Program-made: the position numbers and the translations under genes
Shown here: positions 9,236 through 20,490 of the stretch, one piece after another
Layout: every line of letters begins with the position of its first letter
Numbering within the stretch: position 1 is the stretch's first letter
Notes under the pieces: generated by a model
Told to the model about the DNA's origin: nothing
The model's database searches: none
The model's input: only the letters and a program-made list of their open reading frames with translations
From: an uncultured Actinomycetota bacterium
GTDB taxonomy: Bacteria > Actinomycetota > Actinomycetes > JAHEKZ01
NCBI GenBank assembly: GCA_963718235.1
Contig: CAVQYR010000001.1
Location: 416,001-480,000, forward strand
Direction: 5' to 3'
Length of the DNA stretch: 64,000 nucleotides

Positions 9236-9835
9236 GTGTACGAAGGAATCGTTCAGGACCTCATCGACGAGCTGGGGCGGCTGCCCGGAGTCGGGCCCAA
9301 GAGCGCCCAACGGATCGCCTTCCACGTGCTCGCCGCCGACCCGGCCGACGTCAAGCGCTTGGCCGACGTCCTGCGTGAGGTCAAGGAGAAGGTCCGGTTC
9401 TGCCGCACGTGCGGCAACGTCGCCGAGGACGACCAGTGCCGGGTGTGCCGTGACCCACGCCGCGACCTCACCGTGCTGTGTGTCGTGGAGGAGCCGAAGG
9501 ACGTCGTCGCGATCGAGCGCACCCGCGAGTTCCGGGGGCGCTACCACGTGCTAGGCGGCGCGATCAGCCCGATCGAGGGGATCGGTCCTGACGACCTGCG
9601 GGTCAAGGAGCTCATGACCCGGCTGGCCGACGGCGTGGTCACCGAGCTGATCATCGCCACCGACCCCAACCTCGAGGGCGAGGCGACTGCCACCTACCTG
9701 GCCCGGCTGGTCAAGCCCATGGGTCTGCACGTCACTCGGCTGGCCAGTGGGTTGCCGGTCGGGGGCGACCTCGAGTACGCCGACGAGGTCACCTTGGGCC
9801 GTGCCTTCGAAGGCCGACGACTGCTCGACGTCTGA
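9236..9835 (+). CDS. recR: Recombination mediator RecR
   Basis: [11 protein letters not shown] HhH, C4 zinc finger, [32 protein letters not shown]. Confidence 0.98.
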   Translation: MYEGIVQDLIDELGRLPGVGPKSAQRIAFHVLAADPADVKRLADVLREVKEKVRFCRTCGNVAEDDQCRVCRDPRRDLTVLCVVEEPKDVVAIERTREFRGRYHVLGGAISPIEGIGPDDLRVKELMTRLADGVVTELIIATDPNLEGEATATYLARLVKPMGLHVTRLASGLPVGGDLEYADEVTLGRAFEGRRLLDV

Positions 9836-9864
9836 ACGTGACTCCACACACGAAAGGCCAAGCC

Positions 9865-10452
9865 ATGAGCGATGCCCCGGGTTCGGACCAGGTGGTCGAC
9901 GAGGAGGACGACCTCGACGAGTTCGCCACCGACGTGGCCGACCAGGTCGAGAGCTTCCTGATCGCTTTGGGCGCAGTCGCTCGCGGAGACATGCCGGACG
10001 GCGCGCTGTCGATCCTGCTGCTCGAGGTGTCCCAGCTGCTGCTGGCGGGTGGACGCCTGGGCGCGATCGTCGACATCGTTCCGACCGAGCGGTTCGAGCC
10101 GGACGCGGGCATGGACCCCGACGCCGACGAGCTCCGTGCCCGGCTGGCCGTTCTGCTCGAGCCGATCGACGAGTACGTCGAGGTGTTCGACCCGTACGCG
10201 CACGAGGTCGAGGTCGAGGTGTCACGGCTGTCCGACGACCTGGCCGACGTCGCCGCTGACCTGTACCACGGGTTGGCGCACTACCGCTCCGGACGTCGGG
10301 TCGAGGCGATGTGGTGGTGGCAGTACAGCTACCTGGCGAACTGGGGCTCCACGGCGAGCTCGGTGATGCGTGCCCTGCACTCGGCGATCGCGCACACCCG
10401 GCTCGACGTCGAGGACGACGACAGCGACGTCGAGGTCGACGTCACGCTCTAG
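9865..10452 (+). CDS. DUF5063-type conserved actinobacterial protein
   Basis: Y.EVFDPY, LSDDLAD, EAMWWWQYSYLANWG; conserved position after recR. Confidence 0.85.
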   Translation: MSDAPGSDQVVDEEDDLDEFATDVADQVESFLIALGAVARGDMPDGALSILLLEVSQLLLAGGRLGAIVDIVPTERFEPDAGMDPDADELRARLAVLLEPIDEYVEVFDPYAHEVEVEVSRLSDDLADVAADLYHGLAHYRSGRRVEAMWWWQYSYLANWGSTASSVMRALHSAIAHTRLDVEDDDSDVEVDVTL

Positions 10453-10495
10453 GGGTGCTCCGCCGTGAGCGTCGCGCGGCCGGTCGCGCCCCGGG

Positions 10496-11260
10496 TCAGC
10501 CGGGGAGTGGAGTGGGTGCGACAGGCGGCAGGGCAAAGCCGGCCGCGACCCGGTTGTCGATCGAGAGGATCACGAGCCGGCCGCTGCGGTAGGTGATGAG
10601 GACCGGGGTGCCGACGTACCGACCGCTGTCGAGCAGGCAGTACCGCCCCTCGTCGATCCCCCTGCCCCGCACCCGAAAGCACGTGGCGGTCCCGTAGCCG
10701 TGCGGGGCTCGCCAGACTCCGTCGCGGCGGACGACCAACGACCGTGGCGGGTCGGCCAGAGCGGGCAGAGTCTGGGTGACGATCCGCTGGAGCCCGGGGT
10801 CGAACAGGGCAGGGGGCCGTCGTCCGGGCTTGGCCACGAGCAGGCACGTGCGACCCTTCGGCCCGCTCTGGCAGGAGACCGCACCGCGCGGCGCGGTTCG
10901 CAGCGACGAGGTCGAGGCGCCGCGGGTGACGTCGATCCGGTACCGCCCCCGGGCTCGCTGGATCCGGACCACCCCGCCCTGCTGCTCGGGGTTCCGCGGA
11001 CGGATCCGGTAGGTGAGGTCGAGGGGGCGACCGCGCAGCTGACCGGCCAGCGCCGCCGCCTGGTCCCGTGGGCTGGGGGTCGGCGCGTCCTCGGCGGTGG
11101 CGGAGGAAGTGGGGGTCGGCGTCGTCGACGCGGACCCGGTGACCGGGTCGGGGCTGCTCTGACAACCGGTGATCGCGAGTGTGGCGCCCCCCATGGCGGC
11201 CAGCCAGCGGACCGCTTGCCCACGACGGGCGCCACGGGGGGACCCACTCGTCACGAACAC
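10496..11260 (-). CDS. Hypothetical lipoprotein
   Basis: Signal peptide with lipobox-like AITG-C, Thr/Pro linker, Cys-containing beta-rich domain; TAGGGT -10 six nt before GTG 11260. Confidence 0.65.
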   Translation of the reverse strand: MFVTSGSPRGARRGQAVRWLAAMGGATLAITGCQSSPDPVTGSASTTPTPTSSATAEDAPTPSPRDQAAALAGQLRGRPLDLTYRIRPRNPEQQGGVVRIQRARGRYRIDVTRGASTSSLRTAPRGAVSCQSGPKGRTCLLVAKPGRRPPALFDPGLQRIVTQTLPALADPPRSLVVRRDGVWRAPHGYGTATCFRVRGRGIDEGRYCLLDSGRYVGTPVLITYRSGRLVILSIDNRVAAGFALPPVAPTPLPG

Positions 11261-11413
11261 TCCTCCACCCTAGGCCCGCATGTGGGTCGCCCGGTCTCGG
11301 CATGCGGACGACAGCGGGTCGAGGAGTGGCCACGGGTAGACTCGCGACCTCGGAGCCCGGAGCGGGCGCAGCCGGCCGTCGCCTCTGGCGATGTCTTCGA
11401 GGAGGGAACGGTC

Positions 11414-12722
11414 GTGGGCCTCGTCGTCCAGAAGTACGGCGGTTCCAGCGTCGCCGACGCCGCGAGCATCAAGCGGGTGGCCCGCCGGATCGTCGACACG
11501 AAGAGGTCCGGTTCCGACGTCGCCGTCGTGGTGTCCGCGATGGGTGACACCACTGACGAGCTGATCGACCTGGCCGAGCAGGTCTCGCCGAAGCCACCAG
11601 GCCGCGAGCTCGACATGCTCCTGACCGCCGGTGAGCGGATCGCGATGGCCCTGTTGGCGATGGCGATCCACGACCTGGGGGTCGAGGCGAGGTCGTTCAC
11701 CGGCAGCCAGGCCGGGATGATCACCGACTCCTCCCACGGCCGGGCCCGGATCATCGATGTCACCCCCGGGCGGATCCGAGGCGCCATCGACGAGGGCGCG
11801 GTCGCGATCGTCGCCGGCTTCCAGGGCGTCAGCCAGGACACCAAGGACATCACCACGCTGGGTCGCGGCGGCTCCGACACGACCGCCGTCGCACTGGGTG
11901 TGGCGCTGGGTGCAGACGCCTGCGAGATCTACACCGACGTCGACGGTGTCTTCACCGCCGACCCGCGCATCGTGCCGACGGCCCGGCACCTGCCGGTCAT
12001 CACGTACGAGGAGATGCTCGAGCTGGCGGCGTGCCGGCGCCAAGGTGCTGCACCTGCGGTGTGTCGAGTACGCGCGCCGGTCAGCGCTTCCGCTGCACGT
12101 GCGGTCGTCGTTCAGTGACCGTCCTGGAACGTGGGTCGTCGCTGATGCGTCGATGCCACCAAGTGAGGCGGGTACTCCGCTACGACGAGAGGGTGAGTTC
12201 GTGGAGCAGCCAATCATCTCCGGAGTGGCGCACGAGCGCGGCGAGGCCAAGGTGACCGTCGTCGGGGTGCCCGACAAGCCTGGCGAGGCGGCCTTGATCT
12301 TCGAGACCATCGCCGACGCGCACATCAACATCGACATGATCGTGCAGAACGTCTCCGCGGCCGCGACCGGCCTCACGGACATCTCGTTCACCCTGCCGAA
12401 CACCGACGGGCCGCAGGCCATGGCCGCCCTGGAGGCACGTCAGGCCGACATCGGGTTCGAGTCGCTGGAGTACGACGACCAGATCGGCAAGGTCTCCCTG
12501 GTGGGCGCGGGCATGCGGACCCACCCGGGGGTGTCCGCGCAGTTCTTCCGAGCTCTGTCCGACGTCGGGGTGAACGTCGAGATGATCTCCACGTCGGAGA
12601 TCCGGATCTCGGTGATTACCCGGGCCGACGAGCTCGATGCGGCAGTGCTGGCCGTGCACTCGTCGTTCGGGCTGGACGCCGACGAGCAGGAGGCCGTCGT
12701 CTACGGGGGGAGCGGTCGATGA
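11414..12722 (+). pseudogene. ask: Aspartate kinase (alpha) with an apparent +1 frameshift at ~12034, probably an assembly error
   Basis: [31 protein letters not shown] in one frame; [15 protein letters not shown] and ACT domains in another; removing one C from TGCCGGCGCC restores ELAACGAKVL. Confidence 0.92.
12201..12722 (+). CDS. Aspartate kinase beta subunit (in-frame internal start)
   Basis: GTG before [10 protein letters not shown] with purine-rich GAGAGGG upstream; alpha2beta2 nested-gene layout is established for actinobacterial ask. Confidence 0.7.
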   Translation: MEQPIISGVAHERGEAKVTVVGVPDKPGEAALIFETIADAHINIDMIVQNVSAAATGLTDISFTLPNTDGPQAMAALEARQADIGFESLEYDDQIGKVSLVGAGMRTHPGVSAQFFRALSDVGVNVEMISTSEIRISVITRADELDAAVLAVHSSFGLDADEQEAVVYGGSGR

Positions 12723-13768
12723 CCAAGCCCACCCTCGCCGTCGTCGGCGCCACCGGGGCCGTCGGCACGGTCATGCTCGACCTGCTCAGCACTCGGGCCG
12801 ACGTATGGGGTGAGATCCGCTTGGTCGCCTCGGCGCGGTCGGCGGGCAAGAAGCTGGTCGTGCGCGGCGAAGAGGTCGAGGTCGTGGCCTTGGCGCCGGA
12901 GGTCTTCGACGGCGTCGACGTCGCCATGTTCGACGTGCCCGACGAGGTATCTGCGCAGTGGGCACCGGTTGCTGCCTCGCGCGGAGCCGTGGCGGTCGAC
13001 AACTCCGGCGCCTTCCGGATGGACGACGACGTGCCGCTCGTTGTCCCTGAGGTGAACCCGCAGGCGGCCGGTCGGCGCCCTCGCGGCATCATCGCCAACC
13101 CCAACTGCACCACGCTGTCGATGATCGTGGCCGTGGGCGCGCTGCACCGACGCTACGGTCTGCGTGAGCTTGTCGTGGCGTCCTACCAGGCCGCGTCAGG
13201 TGCCGGCCAAGGCGGCATCGACACCCTCTACGCGCAGACCCAGAAGGTGGCTGCTGCCGGCGAGACGGTCGGACAGCGTTCCGGCGACCTACGCCGAACC
13301 GTCGGTGACCTGGGGCCGTTCCCGGCCCCACTGGCGATGAACGTCGTCCCATGGGCCGGGTCGCTGAAGGACGCCGGTTGGAGCAGCGAGGAGCTGAAGG
13401 TGCGCAACGAGTCGCGCAAGATCCTCGGCCTGCCGGAGCTTCGGGTGTCGGCCACCTGCGTGCGGGTCCCGGTGATCACCACGCACTCGCTGGCCGTGCA
13501 CGCCGTCTTCGACGAGCCGGTCGACCAGCTGCAGGCTCAGCAGCTGCTCAGCGAGGCGGCCGGAGTCGTGGTCGTCGACGACCCGGCGGCGGGTGAGTTC
13601 CCCACGCCCAACGACGTCGTGGGCACCGACCCGACCTGGGTGGGCCGGATCCGGGTGTCCCTGGACGACCCGAACGCACTCGACCTGTTCGTCTGCGGTG
13701 ACAACCTGCGCAAGGGTGCCGCGCTCAACACCGCCCAGATCGCCGAGCTCGTTGCCACGGAGATCTAG
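12719..13768 (+). CDS. asd: Aspartate-semialdehyde dehydrogenase
   Basis: [24 protein letters not shown] catalytic Cys, [19 protein letters not shown]. Confidence 0.97.
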   Translation: MTKPTLAVVGATGAVGTVMLDLLSTRADVWGEIRLVASARSAGKKLVVRGEEVEVVALAPEVFDGVDVAMFDVPDEVSAQWAPVAASRGAVAVDNSGAFRMDDDVPLVVPEVNPQAAGRRPRGIIANPNCTTLSMIVAVGALHRRYGLRELVVASYQAASGAGQGGIDTLYAQTQKVAAAGETVGQRSGDLRRTVGDLGPFPAPLAMNVVPWAGSLKDAGWSSEELKVRNESRKILGLPELRVSATCVRVPVITTHSLAVHAVFDEPVDQLQAQQLLSEAAGVVVVDDPAAGEFPTPNDVVGTDPTWVGRIRVSLDDPNALDLFVCGDNLRKGAALNTAQIAELVATEI

Positions 13769-13819
13769 TGTCTCCGATACTCGGGAACACTCGATCGTCG
13801 TGCTGTCGTAGAGCAACGG

Positions 13820-15993
13820 TCACCGGCGACGACGGTGCTTGCTGGTGCGTGGCGCGGTCCCGGTCTGGGCGGTCAGCGCGTCGAGCTCCCGGGCAGCGCT
13901 GTCTGGCCCGGTCGGCGGAGGGCGCTTCGGCGGCGTAGGCGGTCTCGTCGACCGCGGTGAAGGCAGTCCGGTGCAGCGACCCGTTGGGCACCCGTCGGGC
14001 CAGCTCGGCCACCGTCTCGGACCGGCCACGTCCTGCGTTGACGGCGACCAGGGCGGACTCCAGGCGACGGAACGCAGGCAGCGGCTCGGGTTCTGGCCGG
14101 TCGGCGTGGTTGAGGCTTGCCCGCTGCGGGTCCCGCCGAACGGCCCGGCGGCGCCGGTACACCGTGCGAGCTCCCCAGCCGGCCACCACCAGCGCGAGCA
14201 CGATCAGGGCCGCCTGGACGCGGTCGGCCGCGGAGTCCAGGAGGGCGCCGACCTTCGTGGCCAGGCTCGAGGCGAAGGACTCTGACGCCGGTGCGAGGGC
14301 CGCTCCGGCGGTGGGGTCCGACGACACCCAGCCGACGCCGGGAACCCACGCCTCCACCCACGCATGGGCCTGGTCGGCGCGCAGGGGGCGCCAGCCGTCG
14401 TCCGTGGGAGTCGGCTCGCTCGAGAAACCGGTGACCACGCGCGCGGGAATGCCGCCCGCGCGAAGCAGGATGGCCTCGGCACTGGCGAAGTGCTCGCAGA
14501 AGCCGAGCTTGGACTCGAACAAGAAGTCGTCGACAACGTCCTGCCCAGCCGGTGTCACCGGAGAGTCCAGGGTGTACTGCGCGTTGTTGCGCACGTACGA
14601 CTCCACGTCGTCGACCGCTTCGGCGGTGGTGTCGGCATCCGACACGAGGTCCTGCCCGAGCCGGCGGACCCGGTCTGGAACCGACGTCGGAACCTGGGTC
14701 CACACGTCGGGCAGCCCTGCGGAGTCGCGTTCGGCTCTCGTGGCAGGTGGATCGTCACGGACGTCCTGGGCGGACGGGATCGGCGCAGCCTCGACGACAT
14801 ACGTCACCTGCGGGTTGTCCATCAGGTACGGGAAGCGGTTCGAATCGACACCGGGCCAGATCTGGAGCCCTCCTGCTCCGTCGACCACCGGGCCGCGGGC
14901 CTGGACCACGACCGGTCGGCCGGGTGCCACGACCACTCCGGTGAACAGGTCGGTTCCCGAGACGGGGTACGCGATCCAGCCGTTCGGGTTCTCGGTGTCG
15001 ACACTCTGCGTTCCGCCGTCCGCGGGGGAAGGAGCCAGGACCACCCCTTGCTGGATCTCGTGGAGGCTCCCGGTGCCGGCGAAGGATGTCGACAGCCAGG
15101 TCCCGTTCTCGTACGTGTCGTACACCGTTCCCCGCCACAGGCTCGGTGAGTCGGCCGGGACGAAGACGATTGGATCGTCGGGGAGCGGTCCACGGACCCG
15201 CAGGTCCAGCGAGCCGCTGGAGTAGCTGGCCACCCCCCGCGCGACACCGCCCGTGGTCTCCGGCTGCCCGACGCCACCGGCTGCGAGGCGACTGCGTAAG
15301 CGAGGAGCCGTCAGGGACCGGGACCAGCAGGAGCAGGACGACGCTGAGCACGGCGACCGTAGCCAGCGCGCGCACGAGCGGGACAACCGTCGGGGCACGG
15401 TGGGACAGGGACGCAGGACGCGCCGTCTCGGACGCGGAGCGCACCTGATGGCTCCGGTGGAGGACGACTCCGCCGGCGACGACCACACCACACCCCACCA
15501 GCAGCGGGAGTGCGAGGGAGACGCCGGGAGCGGTGCCAGCGGCCAGGACGAGCATCAGGGCTGCCGTGACCAGGCCGAAGGTCAGGTCGCGGTCGCGCTC
15601 CTGCACGAGGGTGTGGGCGACGCACAGTCCGACGAGAGCCTTGGCCAGGAACCCGAACATCTGGTCGAGTCCGGGTGCGCCAGCAAGCAGCATGACCAGC
15701 GCCACCAGCAGGAGCACGGCGACGCTGGCGGCCTTGCGTACGGTCTGCCCGGTGGGATCGCTCCAGGCGTAGGCGAGGGCTGCCGACGCAGCGACGGCGA
15801 TGAGCCCGGTCGCCGTCCACAACGGGGTCAACAGCCCCGAGACGGCGAGGCCCACTATCCCGCAGCCGGTGGCGGTGACGACGAGGATGCGCAGCACTTC
15901 GCTGCGACCGACCTCGAGGCCGCTGTCCGTTGCCGACGGCTCGGACGCAGCCTTGGCCGACGCGCAGCGCGGGTCCGCCGTCCGCGTCGTCAT
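13820..15993 (-). pseudogene. Membrane-anchored transglutaminase-like (TgpA-type) protein, split by two apparent +1 frameshifts (~15298 and ~13903)
   Basis: TM-rich N-terminus in one frame; LWRGTVYDTY, GFCEHFASA (Cys), AHAWVE (His), DPT (Asp) in a second; SAARELDAL tail in a third; third gene of a MoxR-DUF58-transglutaminase operon. Confidence 0.8.
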
Positions 15994-17099
15994 CGCGGGC
16001 CCGGCAGGGACGTGACGTCGACGACGTCCACGCCGTAGGGGGAGAAGGCGGCGGCGAGGCGGGGCCAGGCCTCCGCCCGCATCCCATGGGCGACGACATG
16101 CACCTGGCCGCCGGCGCCGGCGACCTGGGCCGCGCGCTCGACGAGGTCGGGCTTGGGCCAGCCCGCAGGCTCGATCGCCGCGCACCCGTCGAGCGAGGAG
16201 TCCACGGTGGCCGAGAGCACGGCGTCGAACACCGGCTGGTCGGCGAACAGGTTCACGTCGTGCCCGGCCCGAACCCCCTGAACGGCCAGCGAGGCAAGGA
16301 CGCGAACGGAGCGCTCCCAGGTGGGGCGGTCCGATGCAGTGATCGCGAGCAGGTTGAGGGTCGGTCGACGTGGCGCCTCGCGTTCGAGCACCACGAGCTG
16401 CCCGCGCCGTGCACTGGCCCGCCAGTGCACCTGACGGGCGTCGTCGCCGTTGCGCCACTCGCGAAGTCCCCGCACGGTCGGCCCGTCCCGCCGGACGCTC
16501 GCCCGGCTGGAGCGCTCGTCGTCGGGCTCACGGGGGTTCACCACCGGGACCGGGACCAGGGCCGGGCGAACCACCAGCGGCACCGCCACGGCGCTGTTCG
16601 ACGTCACGAGGACGACGCCGAACGGCGAGCTGCTGCTCACCGTGAGGGCGTGCCCGGGAGTGACACCGCGATCGGTTGCGGTGCGGACCACGCTGACGGT
16701 GGCACTCTCGCGTGGGGCCAGGGCCGGCACGAGGACCACGACGTCGGCCACGCCGTGCGTGTGGTCGCGCAGGTGGGCCAGAGACGTGCGCCTCGACCCC
16801 ACGTTGGTGACCGTGAACCGGTGGCTTGCCGTCTGGCCGACCGTTGTGGCCGTCGGGTGCTCGACCGTGACGACCAGACCGCTGATCCGCGGCGACTGGA
16901 GGAGCGAGGCCACGACGACGGCAGCACTGACCGCGGCGAGCACGTGCAGCCACACCGTCCCGGTCAGCCAGGCCAGCCCCTCGAGCGCTACGGCAAGGCT
17001 GGCCGGGACCAGGAGCACCTGGGTGAGAGTCCGGTTCGGAGAAGGCATCTCGGTCGAGGCGGACACTGAGCGTGAGGCGGGCACGGGGGACTCACCCAC
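15990..17099 (-). CDS. DUF58 domain protein
   Basis: GLREWRNGDDARQVHWRASARRGQLVVLE signature; overlaps the moxR stop. Confidence 0.88.
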   Translation of the reverse strand: MGESPVPASRSVSASTEMPSPNRTLTQVLLVPASLAVALEGLAWLTGTVWLHVLAAVSAAVVVASLLQSPRISGLVVTVEHPTATTVGQTASHRFTVTNVGSRRTSLAHLRDHTHGVADVVVLVPALAPRESATVSVVRTATDRGVTPGHALTVSSSSPFGVVLVTSNSAVAVPLVVRPALVPVPVVNPREPDDERSSRASVRRDGPTVRGLREWRNGDDARQVHWRASARRGQLVVLEREAPRRPTLNLLAITASDRPTWERSVRVLASLAVQGVRAGHDVNLFADQPVFDAVLSATVDSSLDGCAAIEPAGWPKPDLVERAAQVAGAGGQVHVVAHGMRAEAWPRLAAAFSPYGVDVVDVTSLPGPR

Positions 17100-18072
17100 C
17101 AATGGGCACGGCCACCCGGCGCAGGGTCTCCGACACGACGGTCTCATCCAGCTCGACGGAGGCAGGGAGCATGACCAGGCGGTGAGCGAGGACCGCGGGC
17201 GCGACGGCCTTGACGTCGTCCGGTGTCACGTAGGCGCGCCCCTGGCAGACCGCCCTCGCCTGAGCCACCCGGACCAGTGAGATGGCGGCTCGGGAGCTGG
17301 CTCCCAGGTGGACCCGGGCGTCCTGGCGGGTGGCCCGGGTGACCGCCACCGCGTAGTCGAGCACGGCGTCGGAGACGTGCAGGAGGCGGACCTCGTGCTG
17401 TGCCGCACGCAGCTCGTCGGCGGTGGTGACCGGTGTGAGGTCGTCAACGGTGGGTCGGGCCAGCTGTTCCCGGACGACGCGCACCTCCGAGGACACGTCG
17501 AGCTCACCGAGCCGCAGCCGCAGGGCGAACCGGTCGAGCTGACCTTCCGGCAGGGGGTAGGTGCCGTGGTGCTCCATCGGGTTCTGCGTGGCCAGGACGA
17601 AGAAGGGGTCGGGCACCGGGTGACGGTGACCGTCGACGGTCACGGCGCCTTCGTCCATGACCTCGAGGAACGCCGCCTGGGTCCTCGGTGGTGTGCGGTT
17701 GATCTCGTCGACCAGGACGACGTGGGCGAACACCGGGCCGGGAACGAACGTGAAGCTGTGGTCGGTGGGGTTCCACATGCTGGACCCGGTGATGTCGGCC
17801 GGCATCAGGTCGGGGGTCCCCTGCACCCGACCGAAGGAGCCACCCACCGAGCGGGCGAAGGCGCGCGCGAGGGTGGTCTTGCCGCTCCCCGGTACGTCTT
17901 CCAGCAGGACGTGTCCGCCGGCGAGCATCGCGGCGCCGACCAGCTCGACGACCTCGGAGCGCCCGCGCACGACCCGCTGGACGTTCTGGATCAGCCGTTG
18001 GGCCACCGACCCGGCCACCCCGTGGCTGGCGCCAGGGTGTGGCTCGACGTCGGTCGACGAGGCGAGACTCAC
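17092..18072 (-). CDS. moxR: MoxR-family AAA+ ATPase (start uncertain)
   Basis: GHVLLEDVPGSGKT, PDLMPADITG, DEINRTPPRTQAA, ATQNP.E..GTYPLPEGQLDRF. Confidence 0.92.
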   Translation of the reverse strand: MSLASSTDVEPHPGASHGVAGSVAQRLIQNVQRVVRGRSEVVELVGAAMLAGGHVLLEDVPGSGKTTLARAFARSVGGSFGRVQGTPDLMPADITGSSMWNPTDHSFTFVPGPVFAHVVLVDEINRTPPRTQAAFLEVMDEGAVTVDGHRHPVPDPFFVLATQNPMEHHGTYPLPEGQLDRFALRLRLGELDVSSEVRVVREQLARPTVDDLTPVTTADELRAAQHEVRLLHVSDAVLDYAVAVTRATRQDARVHLGASSRAAISLVRVAQARAVCQGRAYVTPDDVKAVAPAVLAHRLVMLPASVELDETVVSETLRRVAVPIGG

Positions 18073-18185
18073 CGCGGCGCCCCCCGAGGAACTGTGACAG
18101 CTGACCTCACTCCATCGACCCGTGGCGCCCGCGTCTGAAGGGCTCGAAGCCAAGTGGTGGCGCTGAGCGGGGCGTGGGATGAGTC

Positions 18186-19361
18186 CTAGTCGGGCTGCCG
18201 GCTGACGTACTCGGCCATACCCGGAACGGTGAAGGCGATGAGGCCTCGTGAGGGGGCGTAGATCAGCCCCTTCTTGATCAGCTGGTCGCGCGGGACGGAC
18301 AGCTCGTTGCGCTCCTTGCCCAGCGTCTCGGCCACGGTGGCCATCGACAGGGGGGAGTCACCCGCCAGGTCGGACATGGCCCGCATGATGAGCCGCTGGT
18401 TGGGCGTCGCCCGCTGCCATCGAGCGCGGTAGAGGCCCGCATCGACCTCTCGCCGGGCCTGCACCAGCCCGGCCTCGACGTCGGCCGCAGTGATCGGCGA
18501 CTTTGCGGCGTAGTCCCAGGCGTACTTGCCCCCGGTCTGGATGAAGTACGGGTAGCCGTGGCTGAACTCGTCCAGCCGGGCGAGCGCCTCAGGGGTCCAC
18601 TGGACCCCCAGCGCCGCCGCCGGAACGGCCAGCGCGTCGTGGGCGGCGCCCCGGGCCAGTGCACCGATCTCGAGGTACTCGTAGAGGCGTTCGGCGTACG
18701 ACGTGGCCTTCGACAGCACCTCCGGCAGCGAAGGCAGGCCCGCCCCGACCAGGACGAGCGGACGCGGGTCGACACCCTGGCCCAGCTCGTGGACGGCGCT
18801 GTTGAGTGCTCGCAGCTCCTGCGCGGGGACCTCCTGCATCTCGTCGACCAGCAGCAGGACCCCGACCCCGAGGTCGCGCGCGGTGCTGCCCAGGGCGGTG
18901 AACAGCTCGGGGAGGTCGACCGCAGGGTCACCGGTGTCCGCGCGCCCGGGTACGGCCTGCACGTCGAACCCGAAGGAGTAGGTGCCGGTGGGGTCGACCT
19001 TGACCGTGAAGGACCGGAACACCTGCAGCAGCCCGATGACCCGGGAGCGGTCGAACCGGCCGGTGGCGATCCGCAGGGACCGGTGCAGCGACTGGGCCAG
19101 GTAGGGCAGGACCGAACGACCGGCCGCGGCCTCGAGCTTGGCCGTGATCCAGTGCCGTTGCTCGGCCATGCCCTGGAACTCGTTGAGCAGCACGGTCTTG
19201 CCCACGCCGCGCAGTCCGTAGAGGATCCGGCCGCGTTCTCCGTGGCCCAGCTCGCTGCGCTGCATGAGGACGTCGAAGGCGCGCAGCTCGGTGTCGCGTC
19301 CGGCCAGCTCGGGGGGCCGGCGCCCAGCACCGGGTTGGTACGGGTTGTGCACGGGGTCCAT
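18186..19361 (-). CDS. P-loop ATPase (AAA_16/archaeal-ATPase-like) with probable C-terminal winged helix
   Basis: NPYQPGAG.RPPELAGR, GLRGVGKT, LLLVDEMQ, GYPYFIQ, RDQLIKKGLIY. Confidence 0.85.
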   Translation of the reverse strand: MDPVHNPYQPGAGRRPPELAGRDTELRAFDVLMQRSELGHGERGRILYGLRGVGKTVLLNEFQGMAEQRHWITAKLEAAAGRSVLPYLAQSLHRSLRIATGRFDRSRVIGLLQVFRSFTVKVDPTGTYSFGFDVQAVPGRADTGDPAVDLPELFTALGSTARDLGVGVLLLVDEMQEVPAQELRALNSAVHELGQGVDPRPLVLVGAGLPSLPEVLSKATSYAERLYEYLEIGALARGAAHDALAVPAAALGVQWTPEALARLDEFSHGYPYFIQTGGKYAWDYAAKSPITAADVEAGLVQARREVDAGLYRARWQRATPNQRLIMRAMSDLAGDSPLSMATVAETLGKERNELSVPRDQLIKKGLIYAPSRGLIAFTVPGMAEYVSRQPD

Positions 19362-19368
19362 GAATCAA

Positions 19369-19401
19369 ACTGTATACGAGTACATATGGACTTCCCATAT
19401 G
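19369..19401 (-). promoter_or_regulatory. Leaderless promoter (TACAGT -10) and palindromic operator candidate CATATGG-N5-CCATATG for the ATPase gene
   Basis: -10 at 19369-19374, seven nt before ATG; perfect 7-bp inverted repeat at 19383-19401 in an unusually AT-rich patch. Confidence 0.5.
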
Positions 19402-19420
19402 CTGGCGGAGAAGCGCTGGC

Positions 19421-20341
19421 CTACACCCCTGGCAGCAGCTGAAAGTCCCACCCGACGACTGCGGGGTGCCCCGCTTTGGCGGCGTTCGCGGCTTCGGGCA
19501 CCCAGGGGTGCAGCTCCCAGATGTCCGGCGGGCCCGGGGTCAGCGGTTCGGGCGTCTCATCAGGCTCAACCGTGCGGTCGTCGCGGTACGTCTCCTCGCA
19601 GGCTCGGACGACGTAGCCGTGCGGCAGCGCAGCGCGAAGGTAGTCCCCGAGGCCGTGGCTGTAGCCGGCGATGTGCCCGATGCGACCGTCCGGTGACTCC
19701 TTGATGAGCGGGTACCTGTTCGAACCCGTGAAGTGGCCACGAGTGTCGAGCAGGAGCAGGTGCCCGCCAGGCCGCATCACCCGCGCGGTCTCGGCGAAGA
19801 ACAGGTCGAGGTCGCGCAGGTGAGCCAGCGCCAAGCTGCACACCACATGATCGACGTCCCCGTCGGGTAGTGGCAGGTCAATGAGGTCTCCCGCGAAGAA
19901 GCGGGCCTGAGGCACAGCCTTCCGGGCGCGGGCGAGCATCGCGTGCGAGATGTCTACGCCGATGACCTCGTGCCCTAGTGCCACCAGCTGCTGCGCAACT
20001 GCACCGGTGCCGCATGCGGCATCGAGCGCGCGTCCCCGACTCAGGCGTTCGAGCATTGGTGAGAGCACGCTGTCGCGCATCGGAAAGCAGCCGTTGTCCT
20101 CACCGTCGTAGGTCATGGCCCAGCCGTCATAGCCGTCGGCCACTGGAAGTGGAGCAGTGTCGATCCCGGGCCCGAAGTCCTCGGCTCTGCTGAGCAGCTC
20201 GCGCACCTCGGCGATCCTGGCCTCGGTGAACGCGCGGTCATACTCCCCGGCGAAGGCGCGCATGAGCGCAACGCCTTCGAGCCCCAGCAGGTACGCCAGC
20301 GGATGCTGGTGGATGGTCGGGCCGGTCGGCGTGTCCGTCAC
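19421..20341 (-). CDS. Class I SAM-dependent methyltransferase
   Basis: [33 protein letters not shown]. Confidence 0.9.
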   Translation of the reverse strand: MTDTPTGPTIHQHPLAYLLGLEGVALMRAFAGEYDRAFTEARIAEVRELLSRAEDFGPGIDTAPLPVADGYDGWAMTYDGEDNGCFPMRDSVLSPMLERLSRGRALDAACGTGAVAQQLVALGHEVIGVDISHAMLARARKAVPQARFFAGDLIDLPLPDGDVDHVVCSLALAHLRDLDLFFAETARVMRPGGHLLLLDTRGHFTGSNRYPLIKESPDGRIGHIAGYSHGLGDYLRAALPHGYVVRACEETYRDDRTVEPDETPEPLTPGPPDIWELHPWVPEAANAAKAGHPAVVGWDFQLLPGV

Positions 20342-20490
20342 AGCTGCGATCCTGCGACGAGGTCGTGGCGGATGACAACCGGGTTACCCACGAAGGCCGA
20401 TGCCATGCCCACTTGCCAGGTACGACTCGATCATCGACAGCAGGGACGGATCTGGCGACGGACAACGGACCGTGCTGGCCCCGAACGACC

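Noticed and set aside
12025-12045. Programmed frameshift in ask
   Set aside because: No slippery heptamer or evident stimulatory structure; the beta subunit arises from an internal start, not from frameshifting.
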